Origin: a virus
Lineage: Duplodnaviria > Caudoviricetes
Strand: one strand, 5' to 3'
Virus record (IMG/VR): IMGVR_UViG_3300033121_000376
Coordinates: 8,728 to 72,727 of that record
DNA length: 64,000 nucleotides
Made by a program: the position numbers and the translations under genes. Positions 27,925 to 37,624 of this stretch are shown piece after piece (position 1 is the stretch's first letter; each line of letters begins with the position of its first letter). Below the pieces are notes generated by a model, which worked only from the letters and a program-made list of their open reading frames with translations, was not told the origin of the DNA and did no database searches.

Positions 27925-28839
27925 TTAAAAATGTTTTCGGTAAGTTTCGAGAATTAAATCCTTGTGTTCTTTCCACCATGAAAGGGCTTCTCGATTCATT
28001 CCTTCGATAGTCTCATCATTGAAGTTTTCCCACTCTTTCGGAAAATGCTGTTGGCAGCCTATAGCAATGACATTAGTAGTCATAACGACATTCCACTTTA
28101 ACCCTGGAAGATTGATAATCTCTTTGCCATTACCAATAGCATTGTTGATCTTCGCTCCGGAAAGGTCAGCTCCGGAAAGATTCGCTTTGGAAAGATCCGC
28201 TTCGGAAAGATCCGCTTCGGAAAGATCCGCTTCGGAAAGATTCGCTCCGTAAAGATCCGCTCCGGAAAGATCCGCTTCGGAAAGATTCGCTCCGGAAAGC
28301 TTCGCTCCGGAAAGCTTCGCTCCGGAAAGCTTCGCTTCGCGAAGATTCGCTCCGGAAAGCTTCGCTCCGCGAAGATTCGCTCTGGAAAGATTCGCTTCGC
28401 GAAGATTCGCTCCGCGAAGATTCGCTCCGGAAAGATTCGCTCTGGAAAGCTTCGCTCTGTAGAGAACTGCTTCGTAAAGCCTCGCTCCGGAAAGGTCAGC
28501 TCCGGAAAGATTCGCTCCGTAAAGATTCGCTCCGGAAAGATCCGCTTCGGAAAGATTCGCTCCGTAAAGATTCGCTCCGTAAAGATTCGCTCCGGAAAGA
28601 TTCGCTCTGGAAAGCTTCGCTCCGGAAATATCCGCTCCGGAAATATCCGCTCTGGAAAGATTCGCTCCGGAAAGATTCGCTCCGGAAATATCCGCTCCGG
28701 AAATATCCGCTCTGGAAATATCCGCTCTGGAAAGATTCGCTCTGCGAAGATTCGCTCCGAAAAGCTCCGCTCTTTCCCCTTCATCTTCGTTATTAAGCCA
28801 AGCAAGGTGCTTAGCAAGTATTTTACTAATATTTAACAT
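27925..28839 (-). CDS. pentapeptide repeat protein
   Basis: long A(N/D)LSG repeats; C-terminal IAIGCQQH domain. Confidence 0.92.
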   Translation of the reverse strand: MLNISKILAKHLAWLNNEDEGERAELFGANLRRANLSRADISRADISGADISGANLSGANLSRADISGADISGAKLSRANLSGANLYGANLYGANLSEADLSGANLYGANLSGADLSGARLYEAVLYRAKLSRANLSGANLRGANLREANLSRANLRGAKLSGANLREAKLSGAKLSGAKLSGANLSEADLSGADLYGANLSEADLSEADLSEADLSKANLSGADLSGAKINNAIGNGKEIINLPGLKWNVVMTTNVIAIGCQQHFPKEWENFNDETIEGMNREALSWWKEHKDLILETYRKHF

Positions 28840-28880
28840 GGTTCACCTTTGCCCTATGCTTGAGGCGGTTAAAGTGTTAC

Positions 28881-30035
28881 TTAAAAATGTTTTTGGTAAG
28901 TTTCGAGAATTAAATCCTTATTGTCCTTCCACCAAAGCAAAGCTTCATAGTGCATAGCGTTTATGCTTTCATCTGAGGTTTCTTTCCAGAATTTTGGAGA
29001 ATGCTGTTGGCAGCCGATTGCAATTGCATTAGTAGTCATAACGACATTCCACTTTAACCCTGGAAGATTGATAATCTCTTTGCCATTACCAATAACACCA
29101 TTGATTATTACTTCAGAAAGACCCGCTCCGGAAAGATTCGCTCCGAAAAGATTAGCTCCGGAAAGATCCGCTCCGGAAAGATTAGCTCCGGAAAGATTCG
29201 CTCCGAAAAGATTAGCTCCGGAAAGATCCGCTCCGGAAAGAGTCGCTCCGGAAAGAGTCGCTCCGGAAAGAGTCGCTCTGCGAAGATCCACTCTGCGAAG
29301 ACTCGCTCCGAAAAGATCCGCTTCGGAAAGATCCGCTTCGGAAAGATTCGCTTCGGAAAGACTCGCTCTGCGAAGACTCGCTCCGGAAAGAGTCGCTCCG
29401 GAAAGAGTCGCTCCGGAAAGATTCGCTCTGCGAAGACTCGCTCCGGAAAGATCCGCTCCGGAAAGATCCGCTTCGTAAAGCTTAGCTTCGTAAAGACTCG
29501 CTCTGCGAAGACTCGCTCCGAAAAGATTCGCTTCGTAAAGCCTCGCTCCGAAAAGATTCGCTCCGGAAAGATCCGCTCTGCGAAGACTCGCCCCGGAAAG
29601 ATCCGCTCCGGAAAGATCCGCTCCGGAAAGATCCGCTTCGGAAAGATTCGCTCTGCGAAGATTCGCTCCGGAAAGATTCGCTCCGGAAAGAGTCGCTTCG
29701 GAAAGATCCGCTCCGAAAAGATTAGCTTCGTAAAGATTCGCTCTACAAAGATCCGCTCTGCGAAGACTCGCTCCGGAAAGATTCGCTCTGCGAAGATTCG
29801 CTCCGGAAAGATTCGCTCTACAAAGATCCGCTCTGCGAAGACTCGCTCCGGAAAGATTCGCTCTGCGAAGATTCGCTCCGGAAAGATTCGCTCTGCGAAG
29901 ATCCGCTTCGGAAAGATTCGCTTCGGAAAGACTCGCTCCGAAAAGATACGCTCTGTGAAGATCCGCTCTTTCCCCTTCATCTTCGTTACTAAGCCAAACA
30001 AAGTGCTTAGCTAAAACTTCACTAATGTTTAACAT
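28881..30035 (-). CDS. pentapeptide repeat protein (paralog; likely start MLNISEV at 30035)
   Basis: same N- and C-terminal caps as the 27925-28839 gene; GAGGA RBS before 30035. Confidence 0.92.
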   Translation of the reverse strand: MLNISEVLAKHFVWLSNEDEGERADLHRAYLFGASLSEANLSEADLRRANLSGANLRRANLSGASLRRADLCRANLSGANLRRANLSGASLRRADLCRANLYEANLFGADLSEATLSGANLSGANLRRANLSEADLSGADLSGADLSGASLRRADLSGANLFGARLYEANLFGASLRRASLYEAKLYEADLSGADLSGASLRRANLSGATLSGATLSGASLRRASLSEANLSEADLSEADLFGASLRRVDLRRATLSGATLSGATLSGADLSGANLFGANLSGANLSGADLSGANLFGANLSGAGLSEVIINGVIGNGKEIINLPGLKWNVVMTTNAIAIGCQQHSPKFWKETSDESINAMHYEALLWWKDNKDLILETYQKHF

Positions 30036-30158
30036 AATTCCTCTATTTGCCCCCGTGTTAAGTGTTGTGTGATTTTCGATGTTCGGTTTTTTAGTAGTCA
30101 TGGTTGTGGTTCTCATAGTTGAGTTTATAAAGTAACAAGCCTTGTATCTGTCCAGGAT

Positions 30159-30293
30159 CTAAAACAATTCCATAAATAAGATGCTGTATAACACTTGAAT
30201 GAATGTATTTTTTCGATCAACCTTCTTAGGCTTTACGTTGTATCGGTTTAGGTGAGTACCGTTGTCAATTTGCAATTCTGGAATGTAAAACAT
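30159..30293 (-). CDS. small hypothetical protein (44 aa, not in the ORF track)
   Basis: GAGG RBS; MFYIPELQ...LFMELF* read by hand. Confidence 0.45.
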   Translation of the reverse strand: MFYIPELQIDNGTHLNRYNVKPKKVDRKNTFIQVLYSILFMELF

Positions 30294-30306
30294 AGATCAA
30301 CCTCGT

Positions 30307-30483
30307 TTACAAAAGCAGTGAATATTGTTTGTTTAACATCACAGCTTCTTTTGCGTGCAATGCTTCAATACCGTTAAGCAAACTTAACCGCGTTACACGT
30401 TTAGTATTCCCGTTTGGATATACGATTTTGATATGATTGAATCCAACTAGATAGTGGCTTTTATCTTTTGAATACGTCTTCAT
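30307..30483 (-). CDS. small hypothetical protein (58 aa, not in the ORF track)
   Basis: ATGA overlap with the upstream gene; MKTYSKDK...YSLLL*. Confidence 0.5.
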   Translation of the reverse strand: MKTYSKDKSHYLVGFNHIKIVYPNGNTKRVTRLSLLNGIEALHAKEAVMLNKQYSLLL

Positions 30484-30809
30484 TGTTGTGACTCCTGATT
30501 GTAGTTATTGAGTAATTCTTTAAACGTTTTTGCAGTGCAGCCGCCTAAACCGTTCAATGTTCGGCCAATGTCCCAATCGTGCAAACACATTGACAGCTTA
30601 TAAACTAAATTAAAATCATCTTTACTTAAATGCCATAAAACGCGCTTGGCTTTTCTATCTACTTTTTCTAAATATTTTCCAGATTTTTTAAAATCTTTTA
30701 ATGTCACCTTAGTTGTTAACATCACGGTTAAAAATTGCAATACGCCTATTGCTATCCCATCGTTGAAACCTTCAGATTTTAATGTTTTAAAAATCAATAC
30801 CGGGTCCAT
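30480..30809 (-). CDS. hypothetical protein
   Basis: 109-aa ORF. Confidence 0.55.
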   Translation of the reverse strand: MDPVLIFKTLKSEGFNDGIAIGVLQFLTVMLTTKVTLKDFKKSGKYLEKVDRKAKRVLWHLSKDDFNLVYKLSMCLHDWDIGRTLNGLGGCTAKTFKELLNNYNQESQQ

Positions 30810-30840
30810 TTTTCAGACTCCTAAAAAGTTTTAATTATTT

Positions 30841-30900
30841 CACTCGTAGAGTTTTAAATAACTCTACGAGTGAGTAGGTTTTAAATAACTCTACGAGTAG
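30841..30900. repeat. inverted repeat plus partial direct duplication (terminator-like)
   Basis: cactcgtagagtt-ttaaat-aactctacgagtg, followed by a second ttttaaataactctacgagt. Confidence 0.7.
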
Positions 30901-30911
30901 GTATGTTTTAC

Positions 30912-31772
30912 TTAGCCGTAATATTGGCCGAAAATATCGTCATCAAGCATCGTTACAACACTGTCGTTTTGATTGAATACCCTATCGAATCCAGGTTCAT
31001 CAAAGTAAACATCATCTGCGTATAAACAGTCGGAAGCGTTATCATGGCCTAGACCGTTGGCTATTATTTCAAGTAGATCCGCGTCATCAATGTCGCTAGG
31101 ATTGCGCACCGGATTCATGAGACCGTTATCGACTAAAACATCAATGATTTGCCATTTGAATTCCTGAATTGCATACCGGTTATTCAATATCGAATTAGGC
31201 GCGTAGCCTCTCCAATTGGGCCTGATAATGGCGTCGTCGTTCGAGTACCAGTTACCGTCTAATTCGATACCGCTTTCAGAATTAACAATGATGAATTTCT
31301 TATTTTCAGCAACAACAAATTTATTGTAAGCGCCGATATTAAAAGCGACATTGTCCCAGTCTATCACTTTACGCTTAACAAGTTCAGGACATAAAACTTT
31401 GTTAATGTAACCTTCAGTGTCGGTTATTTTCCCGTTATCACTGAGAATATTAGCTTTCGGAAGGATACCGTTGTGCATCAAACAACGTTTGCTATCTGGA
31501 AAAATAAAAGGGTGACAGTTGTTTAGACTTACTTTTCCATGCGTGGCATACCTAAAATGTATGGCGAATTCATTTACGCCCTCTGTAAGTTTTTTAATTT
31601 GGGCGATAGTATCCGCGATACTCTTTTTTGAATTGTCTATTTTTTCTACGTGGATTTTTCGACCTTTAAAAAACATAATTCCAACACCGTGACCATTAGC
31701 CCTAATAGCAGCTTGATATTGTTTATCTTGTATTTTTGCGCCTTCAGCACGTTTTAAAATTATTGTGCACAT
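30912..31772 (-). CDS. class II glutamine amidotransferase
   Basis: N-terminal Cys (MC), HFRYATHG, NCHPF, MHNG, TDT. Confidence 0.9.
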   Translation of the reverse strand: MCTIILKRAEGAKIQDKQYQAAIRANGHGVGIMFFKGRKIHVEKIDNSKKSIADTIAQIKKLTEGVNEFAIHFRYATHGKVSLNNCHPFIFPDSKRCLMHNGILPKANILSDNGKITDTEGYINKVLCPELVKRKVIDWDNVAFNIGAYNKFVVAENKKFIIVNSESGIELDGNWYSNDDAIIRPNWRGYAPNSILNNRYAIQEFKWQIIDVLVDNGLMNPVRNPSDIDDADLLEIIANGLGHDNASDCLYADDVYFDEPGFDRVFNQNDSVVTMLDDDIFGQYYG

Positions 31773-31795
31773 TGTTTTAATTCCTAAAAAATTAT

Positions 31796-31858
31796 GGTTT
31801 TGTATCAGTTTTTACAGGTTTTGTATCAGTTTTTACAGGTTTTGTATCAGTTTTTACA
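31796..31858. repeat. 21-bp tandem repeat x3
   Basis: ggttttgtatcagtttttaca at 31796, 31817, 31838. Confidence 0.95.
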
Positions 31859-31879
31859 GTGATTTATTGCGAATTTGGT

Positions 31880-32080
31880 TTAATCAAGCCAATATTCTGG
31901 ACAATTCCAAGCTGTCTCAAGATATTGTTGCCGGTTGAATTCTGCTAACAAATGATCTCTATCGTTCAGTAATTCCAGTCTGTAAAAATTTTCAGATTGG
32001 TCTAACGTTGCAGCATCGGTATCGAATTCAAACGTTAATGATTCATCTTCGCGGGTGTCAATGTGTGTAAAAGTAGCCAT
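31880..32080 (-). CDS. hypothetical protein
   Basis: 66-aa acidic ORF with GGAG RBS. Confidence 0.55.
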   Translation of the reverse strand: MATFTHIDTREDESLTFEFDTDAATLDQSENFYRLELLNDRDHLLAEFNRQQYLETAWNCPEYWLD

Positions 32081-32155
32081 TTGTAAAACTCCTACTTTAG
32101 ATTATTTGTTACCGCCACACTGTTTACAGCATAGCGGCTTGTTAACGTATTGCTT

Positions 32156-34390
32156 TTAAGCTTGTTTGGCAGTGGGTTTCTTATCAAGCAAACCTTTACT
32201 GACTGCCAATTCATGCAGGTTTTTGAAACGTTTAGAATTGCGGTTTAGAGCTTGCAAAAAACCGAGATCCGAAAACGATTTGGTCTTTAGATCTGTAACC
32301 GAAACGGTTTTGACAAATGCAAGTCCAAACTCGACAAACTCTACGCATGCCCTAACTCTATCGCTCCGTAGATTAGATCTGAAAATTCTAATCTCAAAAG
32401 TTTTAGAATGTTGATAGTTGACCGGCTGGTATTTTTCCATCTGCTTTACTCGCGGTTTAACGAAAACATTTCTATCCATGTTTCGATTCGTATAGCTATT
32501 TCTAAAATAATCTCGTCGCGCTAACAGTGATAAACTCTCATGGTGTGAGTTTATTAAACATTCAAACTTTGCAATGTCCAAATCCGACACGCTGTCACGC
32601 GATACGTGTACATGTATCCCACATTGTGTTACGTCCCCTTCTCCCCCCTTAGCGGTTACTCGTTCTAAATAACTCCACAACTCATCGAGTGCGTGGGGAT
32701 CTTGCAGCGCGTTAAAAGTGAAAGGCAATGTGTTTATCTCGCCAGTAACACCATTTGTGCCGTCCGACTTTAAAATCATTGTTTCTTGTCTTACGTAATA
32801 GCTATCGTATTCGTTAAACTTAGCAAATTCGATTTCGAGTCCGTATGTTCGTACACCCTTCTTTTTAAACGATAACTCAGGTTTAATAGTTTCCCGATCT
32901 TTGTCCACGTCTATATAAACGTAGCCGCAATGATCTAAGACGTTGTCATCGGAAGACAATAAAATATCTTCGCAACTCTCACCACCGCATGAGCACCCAT
33001 ATCCGACTTCAAAATAGTCTTCACAACTATGACAATATTCAAAGTTATCGTTAAAATATCCGTTTGTATACCAGTCACCGTTGTAATACGTGCATGAGCG
33101 CTCTTCGTGGTATTCATCATCGTTGACACATAGCACATATCCCTCGGTGTCCATTGTGTAGCCTTCGTCAACAATGTAAGTCGCTTCAGATTCTGTGATT
33201 GTCTCGCCTGTCACGAAATCAATCGTATAGTCGGTATTAAAAGCACTGTTAATGTTGTCTATAACGTCGGACCTATCAAGTGATAGTTCATCTGCTACGC
33301 GGTCGATGAATTTTGTGGAGTTCATATCGGGGAACATCTTAATGAATTGGCGCTCAAAGCGATATGTAACCATATCGTTCATAAATTCATACGCCCGTAG
33401 CAGAATGTCATCTGATACATTATCAAACGTTATCAATTTTGAATCCGTTACAGAAATTTTCCGATCTCTAAGACTTGGCAACTCGTCGATTAAGTCGGGA
33501 TGCTCGTCTTTGATAAACTCCTCAAACCCTTTTAAAAGTTTCTTGTAGGGGGACTCATTACGGATCTCACGCGCATAATATCTGCGCTCGCCGCCCTCTA
33601 TCTGGCAATATAGCACTTTGTGACTTGATATGATATTTTTGCCGGAACATACGGCGGATTTGTTAAGTACAATGTTATTGTACTGTCCGACAAGGTGGGG
33701 GGTTTTATGGATTCTGATTTCACAGTCGTTCACGATACCTAAGTACTGACTCGTCATATCGCCAGACACCTGGAACCGTTTTAAAGCAGTAGAAAAAGGC
33801 TTTTCACCTTTTTCAATTGTCGCCAGTAGCATAGGCGAATCGCTAGACGCTAGATGCGCGTCTATCCTAGATTTTTTCGAGGCTAGAAAAATAAAAATTT
33901 TTCCAGATTCGGCAAGCCTTTCAGCCTCTAAAAAGGCCTTTCGGATTGCCCATACATTACTACCGTATAGCGTAACATCAAAAGATATTACACCACCAAA
34001 ATAGACACCTTTATAACGGTGTAACTTTTTAAAATCCATAGGCTTTTTAAAACCTGAACACACCACAAGGCAATAGCCACTGTGGCGGTTTGAAAAGTTT
34101 CCGCTAAGAAAACTGTAAACGTGCCGATTCAATTCAGACACTGGATCTTTAGCACCATACCCTTCGACTGAGCATTTTTCCAAAATGCTAGGTATCAACG
34201 GCATCTCAACCATATTGGATTTTGTCTCGCTCTCGATCTCGTCAAGTTCCCACGCATACGCGCTAGGAACCATCGAAAATCCTTTAACCACGTTTAAGTT
34301 CAAGTTCAAGTTCATTTGTGCGTTGATGTTCGCGTTCATTTTGTTCACTCCAGATTTTTGTAATGTATTACCCCGATAGTAAAAAATCAT
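32156..34390 (-). CDS. multidomain protein with C-terminal amidoligase-like (COOH-NH2 ligase) domain
   Basis: YGLEIEF, SDGT, CGIHVHVSR, TFEIRIFRS; Cys-rich segment upstream; next to the class II GATase. Confidence 0.8.
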   Translation of the reverse strand: MIFYYRGNTLQKSGVNKMNANINAQMNLNLNLNVVKGFSMVPSAYAWELDEIESETKSNMVEMPLIPSILEKCSVEGYGAKDPVSELNRHVYSFLSGNFSNRHSGYCLVVCSGFKKPMDFKKLHRYKGVYFGGVISFDVTLYGSNVWAIRKAFLEAERLAESGKIFIFLASKKSRIDAHLASSDSPMLLATIEKGEKPFSTALKRFQVSGDMTSQYLGIVNDCEIRIHKTPHLVGQYNNIVLNKSAVCSGKNIISSHKVLYCQIEGGERRYYAREIRNESPYKKLLKGFEEFIKDEHPDLIDELPSLRDRKISVTDSKLITFDNVSDDILLRAYEFMNDMVTYRFERQFIKMFPDMNSTKFIDRVADELSLDRSDVIDNINSAFNTDYTIDFVTGETITESEATYIVDEGYTMDTEGYVLCVNDDEYHEERSCTYYNGDWYTNGYFNDNFEYCHSCEDYFEVGYGCSCGGESCEDILLSSDDNVLDHCGYVYIDVDKDRETIKPELSFKKKGVRTYGLEIEFAKFNEYDSYYVRQETMILKSDGTNGVTGEINTLPFTFNALQDPHALDELWSYLERVTAKGGEGDVTQCGIHVHVSRDSVSDLDIAKFECLINSHHESLSLLARRDYFRNSYTNRNMDRNVFVKPRVKQMEKYQPVNYQHSKTFEIRIFRSNLRSDRVRACVEFVEFGLAFVKTVSVTDLKTKSFSDLGFLQALNRNSKRFKNLHELAVSKGLLDKKPTAKQA

Positions 34391-35001
34391 CGAGGTGGAT
34401 TATATTTTTAAGACTTAGTTTTTTGTCTCTACGCGCTCATTATAGCACTGTCATGGGACAATGCAAACGTTTTTACACATTACTACATGTTTTTTTAACA
34501 CTACACTATGTTTATTATGTGACGCATATCACATAAAATCACACGTTTAAAAATTGCAAGATGATGAAAAAAGCGTAAAAAAAGAGTTTAAAACCGAGAT
34601 AAAAAAGCGCCTGACAAATTTTGTATTCTAAGTCCAAAAAGTCCCCCCGCCTAAAAAAAATTTTTAACGCAATTTGTCAGCCGCCTATTTTTAGGGGAAT
34701 GATAGAGACGTTAGGTAACTTGTAACATACAGATTAAGGGGATTTTTAAAGGTATGCTGTTTGCAATATGCGATATGCTGATAGCTATATGCGATATGCT
34801 TAAAAGCGTTCCCGGTCATCTATACTATATATTTACTCTTTCTATAAAAAGTAATTAAAGAAATAATCGCGTACCGTGTTCCCCTCGTTGGTGGCAGTGA
34901 TTAAACAACTTTGAATAAATAACGTCTAGGCTGAGTCGCAAAAGGTAGATTTTTCAGTTTTTTCACTTGAATGACGTAATTTTTTGATTTTTTCTAGTTT
35001 G

Positions 35002-35014
35002 TAAGTTATTGATT
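35002..35014 (-). promoter_or_regulatory. IHF consensus binding site
   Basis: minus strand AATCAA-TAAC-TTA matches WATCAANNNNTTR inside an AT-rich tract. Confidence 0.55.
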
Positions 35015-35615
35015 TATAAGTGAAAGTATAATAAACATAGAGGAGTGCTTATAAACACAGTGCTTTAAAATGGCTTCCAGAGCCATTTTAAGGCGTTTTG
35101 AGCCTTTTTAAAATCCAAACTTTTTGCGGTAGGCTGTCAATAGTGTCGTATTAATTGCCGCCTAAGTAAGATCCACACTAGTTCAAATCAGTGTTCAATA
35201 ATTTATAAAAAACGTGTTTTTTCCACTTCGCATAACGCATATTATGTTAAATTGTACAGTTTTTACGCAATGTAAGTCTCTTTTTTCGGTGTTAGAATGC
35301 CTTATAAACCGCGTCCACAGCGAATTAAAAGTCGCGGCACGTCCGTGTGAATTGCGTTTGGCGTCCTGCCAAACGCTATAATGTGTGCTGCGCACGGGTG
35401 TAATAAGGTTTTAAGGAGTGCTGCGCACGTTTTTAAGACTCAACCTTCGCAAGCTACGGTTTCAAGCAGAGGTGTGCTGCGCACTTATTAACATGTGGTT
35501 GGTGGCTATAGTACCCTACCACCCCTTTAGACCTGCACCTTTCAGGCAGACTACCCCCACGCCTGAAAAACATAGTTCTGAAAAAAATTTTGAAAAATTT
35601 TTCAGAAAGCGATCT

Positions 35616-35680
35616 GCAATCTGCAATCCGCAATCCGCAATCCGCAATCCGCAATCCGCAATCCGCAATCCGCAATCCGC
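35616..35680. repeat. 7-bp tandem repeat (GCAATCC) x9
   Basis: units start at 35616 (gcaatct), then 35623 through 35672. Confidence 0.95.
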
Positions 35681-35917
35681 TTACCGACATAGGATACCCG
35701 TTTAAAAACACATGTTAGGTGCTTAGACAACCCCCCACATCAATAAATGTGCGACAAGAAATCGGTATTTGCACGTTACATACGTAAACAAGAATTTTGT
35801 ATTCGACAGTTTAAAAATTTAACATCACCTCGTAGGGTGTTTTTAACCAGGAAATCACAAACATTAACATATACACTAAGGTGCGTAAAAACGTATTCTC
35901 ATAATTTATTGCAATAC

Positions 35918-36188
35918 AAACTCTTTTTCGTGTTGTTTATACAGTATTTTTTGTATAAGAAAATAAATTGTATAAAAAATACGCAGTTCTAGTACTACAA
36001 AGTGAAAAAATTTTGTAGAAACAACACGAAAAAGAGTTTACAAATTGTGAAAATTTTGTAGAAACAACACGAAAAAGAGTTTGTATTTAGGGTTTATACA
36101 GTTACACAAGCTTGAAAAACGTATAAATTTTATACGATTTATCCTCTGATGTTAAAAAATATTGTATAAGCAACACGAAAAAGAGTTT
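35918..36188. repeat. 18-bp iteron-like repeats CAACACGAAAAAGAGTTT (3 direct, 1 inverted)
   Basis: direct at 36022, 36065, 36171; inverted at 35918-35935. Confidence 0.9.
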
Positions 36189-36472
36189 ACATTTGATTTT
36201 ATTTTGTAGAAGATGAATGGGGAACAGTGATATTTTAGAGAGTGTAAGACATTACGTTTTGGGTTTCTGGATAGGCCCCATTAAATTTTTAGCATATCGG
36301 TTTCCATATAAAAATTGTATTGTTGTAAAAAACATGCAAAGTTGAAAAACAATAATTATTTTTTATTTTATACATAACGTGGTATAATATAACCTACTAT
36401 TTTTCGCTGCAGCTCTATAACAAGGCTGCCAAAAGTTAAGATAAGTTTTAGCAACTACACTGGAGATCATAA

Positions 36473-37624
36473 ATGGTGGACACAGACGACGACAACACCT
36501 CGTCGAGTATCAAGGTCGAATACAGGCTTGGAAGACTTGACGTGTTGAGATTGGGGGAGGCAGTGGCACTTGAGAAGATGCTCAGACTGGTTCCAGATAA
36601 TGTAATCGGTGGAAACCCTATCCAGGAACACCGAGAAATAGAGAGGCGTCTCAGAGAGGCTTATAGCGATGCAAGACGTGAATCTATGCAGAAGCGCCGA
36701 AGAAATATTGGAAAGATTTCTGAATTGAGGTTCGCTAGAATAGAAGCCGCTAAAACAGAGTGTAAGAGACAGACACTGGGCATGGGATATGGCGATCCCA
36801 GGCGGGAAGAATTAAGAAAACAAATGGATGCGGAGATAGAAGACGCTAACCTGGACTACGGGACTGCAGTTGTTATGGAGAACTCTCGGAACAGGGCTAG
36901 ACTGCGTGAAATAACGCTCTCTTACAAGAAGGGTTTAAGCGAGGCGAAAGAGGAGACAAAACGTGTGGTAGCGGAATTAGTCGAAGCGTTTTCAGTACAG
37001 CCTGACGAGTCGTCCAAGGAGAGAAACAAGCGTATTAAAAGGGAAGTGCCTTCAAGACTTCTCGATCCGAGAAAGGACGACGACATGTTAGCCAACGTAG
37101 CCTCATGGAAGTACACGAGTTTTGTAAAACGCAAGCAGAGGGCTAGAGACATCGCGGTGAGAAATCACAATAAGTACAACATTGACGAGGTCAGTGTAAA
37201 AGAATTCTGCGACGAGTCTTTCACAATGCTAGACGCAAAGACGTTTAGATGGTGGAATAAGCAGAGGTTGAAAGGAAACAGCCCCCTGTTCACTCGTCGC
37301 TATGCGCTATTGAACTGTATGGTATCTGTGGAAAGTTTAGGGTGCGCGGGTGATTTAGCGCCGTATCAATGGTTGTCTATTGATGCTAAACATAGGGAGT
37401 ATGGAGTCAAAGCCATGTTGGAGTTTTTTGGGTACGAGGAAGGGGAACCTTTGACAACACGGTGTGGAAACACTGAGCGGATTTATGTTCGGAGTGGCGT
37501 GGAGCTGACAGCCAAAGATCTAAATACCATTGAGAAGGTTGTGGACAGATTCGGCACTGACGGCGCAGCCTATTCAGCCGCCGGTGAATTAGACATTGAA
37601 AAACTTGGAGAGGACATTATATGA
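36473..37624 (+). CDS. hypothetical protein (coiled-coil rich)
   Basis: 383-aa ORF with GGAG RBS; first gene of the right arm. Confidence 0.75.
   Translation: MVDTDDDNTSSSIKVEYRLGRLDVLRLGEAVALEKMLRLVPDNVIGGNPIQEHREIERRLREAYSDARRESMQKRRRNIGKISELRFARIEAAKTECKRQTLGMGYGDPRREELRKQMDAEIEDANLDYGTAVVMENSRNRARLREITLSYKKGLSEAKEETKRVVAELVEAFSVQPDESSKERNKRIKREVPSRLLDPRKDDDMLANVASWKYTSFVKRKQRARDIAVRNHNKYNIDEVSVKEFCDESFTMLDAKTFRWWNKQRLKGNSPLFTRRYALLNCMVSVESLGCAGDLAPYQWLSIDAKHREYGVKAMLEFFGYEEGEPLTTRCGNTERIYVRSGVELTAKDLNTIEKVVDRFGTDGAAYSAAGELDIEKLGEDII

Larger units (their letters stand above)
34391..36472. other. large non-coding divergence region (candidate origin, packaging or terminus region)
   Basis: about 2.1 kb AT-rich with no credible ORF; gene orientation switches here; several repeat families. 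Confidence 0.7.

Noticed and set aside
27962-30001. Alternative-frame and antisense ORFs (PERIF / APER repeats)
   Set aside because: Shadow frames of the 15-bp pentapeptide repeats.
35175-35193. T-loop-like CACTAGTTCAAATCAGTG suggesting a tRNA
   Set aside because: I could not build an acceptor, D or anticodon arm around it. I recognised no tRNA genes in the window.
35418-35992. ORFs in the non-coding region (RNPQSA / LRIADC repeats and others)
   Set aside because: Products of the heptamer microsatellite and AT-rich DNA; no plausible protein features.
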